Below, in pieces: positions 48,401-60,400 of a stretch of 64,000 nt of DNA (position 1 is its first letter; each line of letters opens with the position of its first letter). A program made the translations under genes and the position numbers. Source of the stretch: Cyanophora paradoxa CCMP329 (lineage: Eukaryota; Plantae; Glaucophyta). Where the stretch lies: contig QPMI01000104.1 of the NCBI GenBank assembly GCA_004431415.1, positions 186,001 to 250,000 of the forward strand, in the 5' to 3' direction. A model generated the notes under the pieces. The model searched no databases. It was not told the DNA's origin and worked only from the letters and a program-made list of their open reading frames with translations.

Positions 48401-51400
48401 GCATGGCGGCCAGGTCGGCCCCGCCGCGGGCCTTCGTCGTCGACGTCGGCGCGTTGTGCACGGCCTCCGCGTGGACGAAGCCGGGCGTGGCCGGCAGCGG
48501 GCCCTTTCCACCCTCGATGAGGTCCTCTTGTTTGTTGCGGAACATTCGGAACTCGTCCTGCCGTCCGCCGGATTACAAAGGGAAGAATGCGGCGGATCGC
48601 ATTAGGAGGAGAGGCGAGGGCGCGCTCGCCTGCTCGATCTCGAGCATTTCCATCTCGTCGTCGCCGTCCCCGCGGTCCTTGCCCGCCCACATCCGCTTCC
48701 AGTCCGGCTCGTCGTGATTCAACCTGCGCGCGAAAAATGTTGGCGCGAAAATCGTGCGCGAAAATCGCCGAATCGCCGAATCGCCGAGTACACGTCGCAC
48801 CAAAGGATGTGAGACTCGAAGGAGATGCGCCACACAATTACGGAAATGGTGAATACGAAGAACAGACCGCCGACGCCCGCCTGCCGTGCACAGATTGAAC
48901 ATCGACATCGGTTGCGCAGGGCGACTCGAAACAGTAGACATCTCAGCTGCGAAACGCGAACCAGGAGGATGGCGCCCGTGGTTCGCCAGTAGGTATCGTT
49001 CAAACGCGCCGTGGCGGCGCACGCGAGGACGAACCCCTGCGCGACAAACAAACAAACAAAGGTTCAGACATGCTTAATGAAGGTTTACAAACTAACAATA
49101 AAAGCTTATACAAAAGATGCCTCGCGCCGCGAGATCGGACGCGTGGCTCGCGCGGCAGCGGAGGAAAGCCCATGGATTGCCGCGCGAGCCACGCGCGAGC
49201 CACGCGTCCGATCTCGCGGCGCGAGGCATCTTCTATATAAGCTTTTATTGTTAGTTTGTAAACCTTCATTAAGCATGTCTGAACCTTTGTTTATTTGTTA
49301 AAGTCCTTCATTAAGCATGTCTGAATCTGTTCCGCGAAGCGGAACAGAGGAGGCGATTGCGATTGCGATCGCGACGATGCGAGACGGCTTCTATGTGTGA
49401 TATATATAACGGAGGCGGCGCGGAGCCGAACGGAAACGCGCGCGGACAGTTTCGATGCATGCTGAAAAACAACGGAGGCAGTCTCGAAATTAAGGCGCGC
49501 GTACCTCGTAGGCGATGATGAGGACGGTGATCTGGGGCTTGGGGAACCAGAGGACCTTGGGCGTCTCCTTGAACTTGAAGACGTAGCGGCAGAGGAGGTA
49601 GGCCAGGACCTGGAGGACCGTCACGCCGATGAAGATCACCGCCGTCCAGAACCTGCGCGAAAGAATCAGAAGGGATCTGCATGGCTCAGTGCATGGCTTG
49701 GGGGTGGTTACAAGCTCTCTTGCAGGAACGGAGCGCCGATCTCGCCTGCAGCGCGCTCAGCTCAGCAGCCGAAGGCGACTTTCTAACTTCAGAGCAGCAC
49801 CTCCCAGCTCTCGGCTGAACGAGTTGATGCCCAGGAGGTGCCTCCCGCGCTGCTTGTTCCCGCCCCCGGAGCCCTGCTGCCCGAACTGCCCAGCAAAGTT
49901 AGGAGACGAATATCTGACCGCGCTGCGTTATCAACGCGTACCCCTCCAAAGTAGAACATCGTCCACTGGAGTAAGTCTTAGTTAGAAAAGAAGCGAACGA
50001 GCGAACGAGCAGAGGCTCACCTGAGTGGAAGTCGACGTGGAGTTGTATGTGCCCGGCAGGGGCATCGACAGGAAGCTGCAGGGGATCGGAGCCTCATAAT
50101 CAGCCACAAGGCGCAGGCGCGAGCAACGACTGATGTATATCTCGCCTGGTCTCAGAGATGAACTGTGCCTGGTTGATGATGCCGAACGCGCCGCCGCCGG
50201 AGGCCCCGCCCGCGCCGCCGCCGATGCTGCCGCCCATGGACGCGCCGACCGAGCTGCCGATGGACGACGCCACGCCCGACGCGACGGCGACGGCGACCGC
50301 CACCGTGATGGCGCGGCCGATCGCCTCGCCCACGTCGGTGTCGTCGGCCCCCGGGGGCGCCTTCCCCTCGCAGATCGCCTGCGCGATGTTGATCGCCGCC
50401 TTCTCGACCTCCTCCTGCAGCTCCAGCGTGACGGGGAGCATTGTTGTCGTGTTCGGCTGCGGCGCAATGCGTGAGGGCCCGTCGCGACGCGTGTCGAGGA
50501 TGGCCGGCTTGACCGCGGCAGCACCTGAGTGACGATCTCGCGGAAGAAATCGAATCCGCCCTCGAAGGCGTAGCCATCCGCTACGCTGGGCACCGCGTAA
50601 ACCTGCGTGCCGCCACAAAAGCCATTATTATCCAGCGGTCACAAATCAAGTTCGACGAAGGGAGCGCGCACGTTGTTGCGGCGGCGGGCGAGGATGCTGG
50701 CGTTGCGGGCCTCGCCGGCGTCGAGGGGCTCGTCAAAGCTCACGACCAGCATCGAGCGGACGATGCCCTGAGCCCGGGGGCGACGCCGTCAGGACCGCCG
50801 GGGGCGTGAGCGCGCACGGCCGCAGTGAAGCGCACTGTGCGGCGGGTCGCTTCGACCGCAAGGCGGCCTGCGTCCAGGCCGCGGGCGAGCAGGCGCGGCT
50901 GCGAAGGGTACGTTTCCTGCAGCGGGCATCAAGAGCAAACGGGCCGGGAAAACGGGGCTTGCTCCACGGCCGGGGCGAACGGAGGGCAGCCGCTTGGAGA
51001 CGATGGCGTCGCAGGCCGTCTTCACTTCCGCACGTTCGATGACGACGCTCGCGTTGCCCGCCGGCGGCAGCCCGTACCGCACGATCCACGCGTACGACTC
51101 GGGCCCCTGCGCGCGCCGCCCCGGCCCGTGAGGACGAGGACGGCGGCCGGCGGGCGCGAGCGGCGAGGGTGGCGGGCGCGCCTGGAGCCAGAAGGGGCGG
51201 AGGAGCTTCTGGAGGAAGCTGCTGGTGATGACGCCGTACGCGGCGGACGAGGTGGACGCGTCCAGAAGGATCACGAGGTCCTGCGGAGAGAGGAGGCCAG
51301 GCCGTCAGCGCGGAATACGGGAGGGACTCGCTGATCACGATCACGATCAGCCAAGCAGCTTAAGCTTACCTTCGCTACGTTGCAGGTGTACTCTGTGTGA

Positions 51401-54400
51401 GAGGGAAGAAAATCAAATAGTCAGATCGAGCAAAATTTCGAAGCCTTCTAAATTCAGCAGACCGTCAACGACGAAGAGTGTCAGGGTGTCCGACTCGGAG
51501 TACGAGTTCTCGTCGTCGAGCGCTGGAGGCCGCGCGTCACTAAAGCTTACGGGGGGTGCAACAACGCGTCGCGTCTCTCGAGCGAGCGACCGCTCACCGA
51601 TGGCGCGGATGGCGTACGTCCCGACCTTGAGGCTCAGCGAGAGGGAGTCGGTGGTGGAGGCCTGCAGCACGCCGTCCACGTACCTGCGCGCCATAAGTAA
51701 CTAATTAATGCGTTTTCATCGCAGAAAACGAATTAATTAGTTACTTAAGTGTGCGCATTACTTAAGTGTTTTACGGTATCAATCACGGGCGGCAGCGCGC
51801 GCGCGGACCACTCGTAGGAGGAGACGATGCCGGGGGCCGGGTCGAACGCGGCTGCGACGATGTCGGACTTGCCGATCTTCGTCTTCGGGTCGACGATGAT
51901 GTACGAGTAGCGCGACGCGGGAATGATCGTCAGTGTCGGCAGGTTCGGCGGCGCGTTGACTGCCCGTAACTATCAGAGCCCGGAAGTCGGTTTGCCGCTA
52001 AGAACGCGCGCGTGCACCGGAGGCTTCGGCGGGCGCGAAGCTGACGCTCCGGACGGGGAGGGCGGCGAGGGCGTGGCGGCGCAGGCCGGAGAGGGTGCTG
52101 CTCGGGAAGCTCGCCGGCGTCATCCCCGCCAGCTTCTCGGCGACCTCCGTCCCGGTGAGGCCTGCGAGTGTCGTCCTCGTTAATTATAAGGTCGGAGAGT
52201 AAATAAGCGCCGCGAGCTGCACCAGGAATGGCGGGGATCTGGGCGGATACGGCCGGACCGCCGCCCGTGGGGCACGCGGCGGCGCGGACTCCGCCCAAGG
52301 AGGCGGGGCTGAGGGTCTGCGAGAGGTGCCTGCCGAAAGCCGCGGCCAGAGGCTCGAGGACGGTGCTCGCGTTGAACGTCGCCGCAAACGCGAATGCGTC
52401 AGCGCCCTCCACGCAGATCGTCGCCGTCACCACTGCGCGCGCCACATTTCACAACAAGAACTGACTTCGATTAAGCGAGCTCCAGGCGAGCGCACGCTTG
52501 CGGTGAAGCATCGTAACCGCAACTTCCGTCGTCGCGGTCTGGCCAGACGGTGAACCAGGAACTTGTGAAAGCCGCTCGCGATCGTGAAGCAGCGCACCTG
52601 GCCCAGGCGGTCGGTGACGGTGAGCCGGAAGACCGACCGCCCGACGCGCAGGCGCCGGACGTCCGTCTGCTGCGCGGAGTCGCTGGCGAGCACCGCGGGC
52701 CGCTTCGGGTCCGACAGCTCGACCTCTACCCACGTGAAGCCCGACACGGGCTTCCCGTCGCAGGTCAGACTGCCTTCGGCGCTCAGGAGGGCCGAACCCC
52801 GCCCGGACTCGAGGGTTATCTCCTTGGCGGGGCCTGCAAAGCGGTGAGCAGAGCGCGGCGTGGCCGTCCTGCGGCGCCGGCGCGCGCACCGATCTTCGAC
52901 GTCGTTTCCGATACGGCGGCGACGGCGGTGGGCGGCTTGCCAAGGCACGGGTCCGGCTGAGTAGCTGCGCGAGATATTCGTCAGTAAGAACAAGCTCACG
53001 CCTCACGCCGCTCCGCAATTGAAAAGAAAGCTGCGCACGGGTGGCGACGGCGAAGGGATCGCTGGTCCCCGACACGCCCTCTACCGTCACGTTCACGCGG
53101 TAGGTGCCCGCCTCGCCGACGGTCCACTGCGCCGTCTGAAGCTCGTTGCTCGCAGCGAACGTCTGCGAAAAATGAGCTGTGTGTAATGGCGAGAGCAGAA
53201 GAGTCAGCGACCGACCCGCAGGACGGTGCCCGACGAGGAGAGGATCGCGACGGTTGCCTCGACGCTGCGTGGAAGCGACACTGTCGTCCAGCGGATGCTG
53301 AGAACGCGAGGGGCGTCGACGCCAGGCGGCGCGGCGCTGAGCGGGAGGTCGCTCGATCGGGCTCGCACGTGTACGCCTGGCCCGTCTGGACGTTGGGGAT
53401 CTTTTCGACGGTGACGGACGGGGCGCCGGTGGCCGTCACTGCGAACTGCGCGCTCACGCTCGAGATGCGGAAATCGGCCACTCCGATCTGCGACCCGGCG
53501 ACGCGCGGTGAGACCAAAACAATGAAGCAAGTCTGAGACGTCTTTAAATGACGCCGAGGCACCTCAACAATGTAGCGTCCTGCGCCGACGGTGTCAGACG
53601 ATAGCGAATCAGCGAAACGATTTGAACGAAACCGCACCAGTGGCGACATCAGTCGGGACCGCCCACACATACGAGCCCTGCGCGCGGGATAAGTCGAAGA
53701 TATTGTTCAATATTCGAAACTTCGGTTCCGGCGCACGGTGTTGGGCGCCCGCGTGGCAATGGACTGCGAAGCGAGGCATCAAAGGCGTGAATAGATCGGC
53801 CAGCGAGAAACACGCACGGAGATGACGCCGTCGCTGCGGATCAGGCGGATTCCGCACGTGAGGGCGGCGACGTTGGCCAGGTCCCACCGGAGGGTCACCC
53901 GCTGGCCCGTCGAGAACGACTGCCGCCCGTCGGGCAGGCGCACGAGCACTGCAAATTCATAGCCGTGAGCGCCCAAGTAACAGACAAAGCGCTGAGTGCC
54001 GCACAGTACGCCGCGGGCGACTCGATGAGGAAGCGCGTGCTCGTGCCGCGAATGGGATTCCCGTCGACGCTCGCGCTGATCTCGAAGAAGAAGATGCCGG
54101 CGCCGAGAGCCGGGGGCGGGATGTACTGGAACGAGCCGGTGTTCTCACGCACAGCAATCTGCACGACATTCAGCAGCAAGCTGGAGATTGCTGGAAATGG
54201 CGCACGGGAATGCGGGTGCCGGTGGCGAAGTTGGCGATGGAAATCTGAACCCTGGCGTCCGTCGGCACGCCGGCGCTGATCCAGCGGATGAGGAACGGAG
54301 AGCCGACGAAGAGCGTGGCGATCTGCGGCGCAGCAAGAGTAAGAGATCTTGAAGATCTTTAAGAGAGATTTTTAAGCGGTTTATTGGCATTGGCAACGAG

Positions 54401-57400
54401 GCGAGTAGCAGTGCAGTGATTCAGTGACGCGCACGTCTTCGCTGGTCGCGGAGGGCGACTGGAAGACAATGCCCGCTGCGTAGAGTTCGAGTAAACGACA
54501 GAGTGAACAACAGAAGATGGGTATACGGAGAACGCACGCTGGCAGTTGCCGCCGATACAGAAGGCAACCGTCTTCCCCGCGGCAGCGTCGGCAGGCACTT
54601 CCGCCTAAATATGCGAATCAGCAACGGAGCGATCAGGCCTAGGACGCGCGCGCGCTAACCTGGACGACGTAGATGCCCGTCGGGAGGGTGCGGCTGATAT
54701 TCCAGATGAAATCTCCCGTGTTCTCGAGCAGGCGCCGGCCCGTGGACGTCCCGTTTGTTGTCTTTTGCGACAGCTTCACTGAGGGCGCGATTGTCTGCGA
54801 ATCGGAACGGCTCATGACTCGCAAAACAAAAGCAGATCAAGAGCCCGCAGGACGAACGCGGAGGACGGTGAGGTCGGGGAAGGAGAGGAGGGAGATGGTG
54901 GCCAAGGACTCTCCGGGGGCGGGGTTCGACGTGAAGATGGAGAGCTGGTAGATGTTGCCCTGGAACCAGTTCGAGTTGTACTGCGGGCCCGCCACGGTGA
55001 CAGCGTACGCTGCGCAGCGGCGCGGTGAGGCGCGAGTGGCGGGAACGCTGATTTCGTGGCGGCATGCGCACGGCGGATGAAGAACTCGGCCGAGTCAGCG
55101 GACGTGACGCCGGCGGCGGTGGCGCATTGGACGCGGAAGAAGTAGCGGCCGGGGGCGGCGTTGTCGGCCTTCCACGTGACGGAGCCGACCGTCGACGTCG
55201 TCGACGTCGTCAGCGTCTGCTGTTGCAAGTGAGAGGCGCATTGGAGAGAGGCCGCGGCTCGCGCCTGGAGGTTCGCTTGGGACGTGGCGGAAACGAGCGT
55301 GACGGTGACCTCCTGCTGCAGGGCGAGGCCGCGCGTCGCCCACGTGACGGGCAGCGAGTCGCCGAGGATGACCTCCGAGACCGCAGTGGGGGAGAGCAGC
55401 GTCACCCCCACGCTCAGCGAGTTGATCGCGTCCTCGACTGCGGACCGGACCGTCTGACACCGACAACGAAGCAGTTACCGCGAGTGCACATGTGTGAACG
55501 CACCGGACAGGACGCGGAAGGGATCGCTGAGGAGGACGAGAGGCCTGGTCACGGAGGGGCCCGTCAGCCGCACAGAGACCTGCACGCAGCCGAGGGCGCC
55601 ATCAGGAATGGGAAATTGGGAATGCAGAGGTTGAAAGAGCGCGCCTGGTAGAGCCCTGGGACCGCGGTCGCCGACACAGGGAAGGAAGCCGCGCCGTTAT
55701 TGAAGCCGAAATAAACGGACTGCCCGAATTTCAGGGACGGGAATCGTTTCGCGAAGAGGGGAAGGGGACGCGCCTGGGTGCGGGACCGGTCGACGGGGAA
55801 GGCGGTGACCTCGGCGGACGTGTAGGTCGCCGGGTTGGAGGCCCACGAGATGGAGTACGTGCCGCCGACAACGACCAGTGACGTCGAAGTCGGGTAGAGC
55901 ACCTGCGGCGGCAGCGACGCGGCCGTCGCGCCCGAGCCCGCTGGAAGCGTGGATTAATATGGCAAAGCACGTTATGTCCGTGCGAGGACGCACAGAGAGT
56001 CGGCAGAGGGTCGGGGCCCCAGCCGACGAGCGACGCGGTCCCGAGCGCGTAGAGGTTGCCAGCGTACACCGTCGACCCGACGCCCCACAGGAGCGGCGCG
56101 GCGGTGCGGGCGGGGAAGGCGGCCGCCGAGCCAACGGGCGCGACCTTGGACCAGACTTCCGCACCGACATCGTAGATGAAGAGCTCGCCAGCGACGACGG
56201 GCGACGCGGCGGCGCCGTAGCCGCCCGCCACGAACAGCTGCTCAAGGAGTTAGAGGCGGCCACTGACGGCGCTTGCAGGCGCGGGCGGTCGGACCCTGTC
56301 GCCGGCGTCGGAGGCATGCATGACGGCAAAGGCGCGGGCCGACGGCGCGCTCGCCGAAGTCATGTCCAGGAGCTGCGAGGTGCCGCTTTCGATCTCGATC
56401 TCGAGCCTGCGAGGCACGGTCGCATAAGACTCTGACGCATGCATGCAGAGCCCGAGATGAAACGCACAGGTCGCTGAAGAAGGCGGCGCCGCCAGTGCCG
56501 ACGCCGCCGAAGACGTACACGACGGTCCCCACGACGGCCGAGGCCGCGCCGTAGCGGCCCGGCACGAGGGGGCTCGGGTCCGAGCTCGCGTACCAGCTCG
56601 AAGACGCGATGTCGAAGAACCAGACGTCGGAGAGGGCGTTCCCGGCCGCGTCGGCACCGCCGTAGAGCAGCAGAGTCGCGTCGCCGACGGCGGCGAGCGT
56701 GGCGGCGCTGCGGGCCGGCGGCGCGAGGTCGGTGCTAGGCGTGACGACGCTCCACGCAGACGCCGTCGTCGAGTAGGCGAGGAGCGTGCTCGTCGCCGCG
56801 CCGTTGCTGAGGCCGCCAAAGGCTGCGAGCAGAGACGCCTCAAATCGCAGCGTAAATGCAATGAAAAACTGGACTAACCGTAGATGACGGGCTCCAGGCA
56901 CGCGAAGGCCGCTTGGGCAGCGCCGGTTGTGGAGGAGGGCCCATTCGTCCATGCGCCGCGGTTGAGGCTGAACGAGCGGACGCGGAGCGAGGCCGCGTCG
57001 ATCGCCGACGAGACGGCAAAGAGCGTCGCGCCGAAGGAGCACAGCGCGTCGTAGTGGCCGTCCGACGCCGCCACGCTCGTCCAGTAGCCGGCTGCAAAAG
57101 ACACGTCGCCTCGGCGCCGGGCGCTGAGGCGAGAGCGGCCGTACCAGGCTGTGCGCCGGGATTCGAGATCTCCTCCATGTCGACAAGGGCGAGACCCTGT
57201 ACCAGCGAGACAGACTGTGAGCCCGAGTCCACAGCTTCCGCCAGCGTCGACGCCGCCTTCGGGCAATGAATCAGAGAGCGGCGTTTTTGACTTCATGGGT
57301 GAGCCCGGCGAACCGTGCCGCTTGCGGGGCCTGACCCGAGGCTGGCAGTCAGGAGGCTCTGCCCGCCACTCTGCGCGAGGCGGCGCCGGGCCGTCGACAG

Positions 57401-60400
57401 GGTCGCTTGTGTTCCGGATGCGGCCGAAACCTGCAAGAAGCATATGTCGAGATCAGCCACAAGAGACATCATGAAGAATGCAGCAATGCAGCGACGCGCC
57501 TGGTCGAGGACAGCGGTGACGCTGTTCGTGGTGAGGTCCGCGCGGATGAGGACAGTCGTCTCCTCCGCCGGCGCGCACGAGAGCGACACGGCCGGCCTCC
57601 CCGCGTCCGCCTGCGACAGCAAGCACGCCTGGCCCGCCTCGCACCCGGTGTCGCGGACTGCAGAGGCGTCAGCGAGGTTTGACTATTGTAAGACGACGGC
57701 GCGTTCTGGAAAGGCTCACCCGTCGAACCAGAGCCGAAAGCCCACAGGCGGAACTGGCTCAGGATGAGCCAGCCGCGGGCCTCGCTCTTCCCAGCGGTGT
57801 AGAGCGTGAGGTTGAGCCTCCCGCACTCGAGCCGCTCACCGGCGGCCGCAGACACGGGGTTCGTGCCGAGCTCGCTGCTCAGCGCCCACTCCACCATTTC
57901 CTGCGAAAATGGTCTGGCGGCCGAAAGAAAACGAATTCGAAGCCGCTGCGCACGCCGGTGACATCGGCAACAGCGATCTTGAAGAGGCTCCAGCGGCCGG
58001 TCTCCGCGATGCGGCCCGCTTGCAGCTGGAGCGCCCGTGCGGGACCCGCTGCGCCGCGTTCGTGGTTGATCGGACACTCAGCGCAACGAGCGGCAAAGCT
58101 TTCGCGCACCGGCGCCCTTCTTGATCGCGGGGTCGTTCCATCGGATGTTCGCGGTGGCGACTTGGTCGAAGGGCGACGGCTGCAGGGTCGAGTCTGCCGT
58201 CGAGACCGCGCTCTGTGCGGCAGATCGGCGGTGGTAACCATGGGCGCAGTTCGCAGAGAGCGCACCGTCCGGAAGCCCTTGCCGCGAAGGGGCCGCTCCA
58301 CGGGGACGCCGTCGATGTTGGCGCGCAGGCGCCCGCTCAGGCCGAACTGCCCGTCGTTGCTCAGCACCTGGAGCAGCATCGACTTGGACCTGGACGCCGT
58401 CGAGCCTGCGCGAACGCGAGCCGTTGGCGAGGCCGGCGCGGGTGGCAGCGGAAAAGGAAAACGCACCGAAGCGGTCCTCGACGGTGAACTCGTACTTGGA
58501 CGTCCCGCAGCCTGTGGAGACGTCCTCGTCGATCGCGCACGCCTGCACCACGTACCGCCCTGCGCCCCGCCCGGCCCCGCGTTGGACGAGGCGCGCGACG
58601 CGGTGCCGGCGGTGCCGACTGACGGACCGCCGACGGCGAAGTGCGGCGACGAGAGGGAAATGGACGTGGTGCGGCGGCTGCTCGCGAGGCCCGCCGGGCT
58701 GTTCACGACGTAGGAGCGGACGGCGCGGCGGCTGCGGGCGCTGAGGACGCTGATCCTGACGCCCGACACGAGGCCGCCCGTGATGTACGAGATCGGCAGC
58801 GCGCGCTCCAGGACGGGGTCTGCGGGGGCGAGCCCCAGCACCTCCGCCCTCGCTGCGGCGGGCTAAGGAACAGAGGCGAGCCTGAGCGGGTCGGGGCGCG
58901 GGCGGAACGCACCGGAGGCGACCTGCAGGCGGGCGAGGAAGCGGCCAAGGGCGAGGAAGAGCTGGCGGCCGCCCGGCAAGGGCTGCAGCACCGCCGACGC
59001 CCGCGTCTGCGCGTCGACCTGCGTGCACGGCTCGGTGGGGGGCGGGCGGGGGGCGCCGCAGCTGGACTCGCCTGGGCCTCGGTGAGGCCGAAGTCGCTGG
59101 GCGCGAGCAGGGTGCTCGACGCGATCGACCCGTCCGCCGTGGCCATGAGCCCGATGCGGGGCCCCGCCTGCATCGCCCGTCAGAAGTCTGCAGAGCGGGA
59201 GGCGCCGCAGACGGCCGTTGAGGGGCTCGCCTGGTTGCCGAGGGTGGCGACGACGAGATACGCGCGGCTGGTGAGGAACGCGATGGACGCGATCGCCTCG
59301 CCCGCCGCCAGCGGCGCGCCGCCCGCCGCAAAGACCCGCCGGAAGCCGGCGTTCCCCGAGCTCTTCAGCGACGCGCGGAAGACGCTGCCCGAGGTCGACA
59401 GGACGAACACGGCCGACTCGTCCGGCGACACGGCCAGCGCCCGCGGGCACTCTTCCCGCAGGCTCCCCTCCAGGCTGGTCACCTTCCCGCCCCGCTCGAC
59501 GAGGTGAAGGAAGACGGCCCCGTCGGCGTTGCAAGTGCCGCCCTGGACGCTCGTGGCGTCGTCGGACTGCAGGAAGACGGCCTTGGAGGCCTTTGCAGGC
59601 GCGGTTGCGGCGCCGAGGACGACGGGCTTGGTGCTGGAGGATCCCAGCTCGACGGGGCTCGCCGACAGGCCCGCCTCGGAGCTGAACACGCGGTAGATGG
59701 CCGGCCGCCGCGACCCGACGATCAGGGGCGCCCCCTCGCCAGTGGTTGTCGAGCCAAGGTAGACGCAGGACGAGGGGCTCGGGAGTGCGTCTTGCGTGAT
59801 GAACTGTCGCCCGACGTCGCCCGAGTCGCCCGGCGTGAAGCGAACAAACGAGAACGACGCTGCGAAACCGTCAAGCCGCAGTATGTGAAACTATACGAAG
59901 TCCGGCGGCCGGCGCACCATCGGGATCGACGGCGGCGTACGCGAACGTCCCGTCCGACGCGGCACACGTGACGGTGCCCGTCTCAGAGAGGAGCACGCCG
60001 CCGCGGAGCAGCGCGTCGGCACCGTCGGCGCCGGCGGTGGCGAGGCCATACTCGGTCGCCGGGCTCTTGGTGATGGCCGTCCCGACGGACTGCGCGGCGC
60101 CGCTGCTCGCGACGAAGGCGATCTGGTCCGAGCCGATGGGAAGCTCGAGGAGGCTGCTGCCCGGCGCCAGCCCGATGCCTGCCAGCAGCGGTCAGTCGAG
60201 TGTGCCGTACTTCACACCAACAGAAATCAAAGCAACGCCGCACCGCCGAAAGGGAGCGCCTGCGCGCTCGAGTAGGAGAGGAACGGGTTGACGACAGTCT
60301 CGCCGCCCGTCAGCGCGAAGGAGTATACGGCCGCGAGGTCGCCCAGCGGAACAGATGTGGACACGCGCTGCGCCGCGAGAAGCGCCCCCGTCGTTGTGCC

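Noticed and set aside
50200-50560. GPS/GAIN autoproteolysis motif before TM1 (adhesion GPCR)
   Set aside because: No C-x-C-x-HLT-like motif seen in the spliced sequence.
57679-59507. Long + strand ORFs (344 aa, 288 aa) and the 417-aa - strand ORF
   Set aside because: Antisense or off-frame products of GC-rich exons of the receptor gene.
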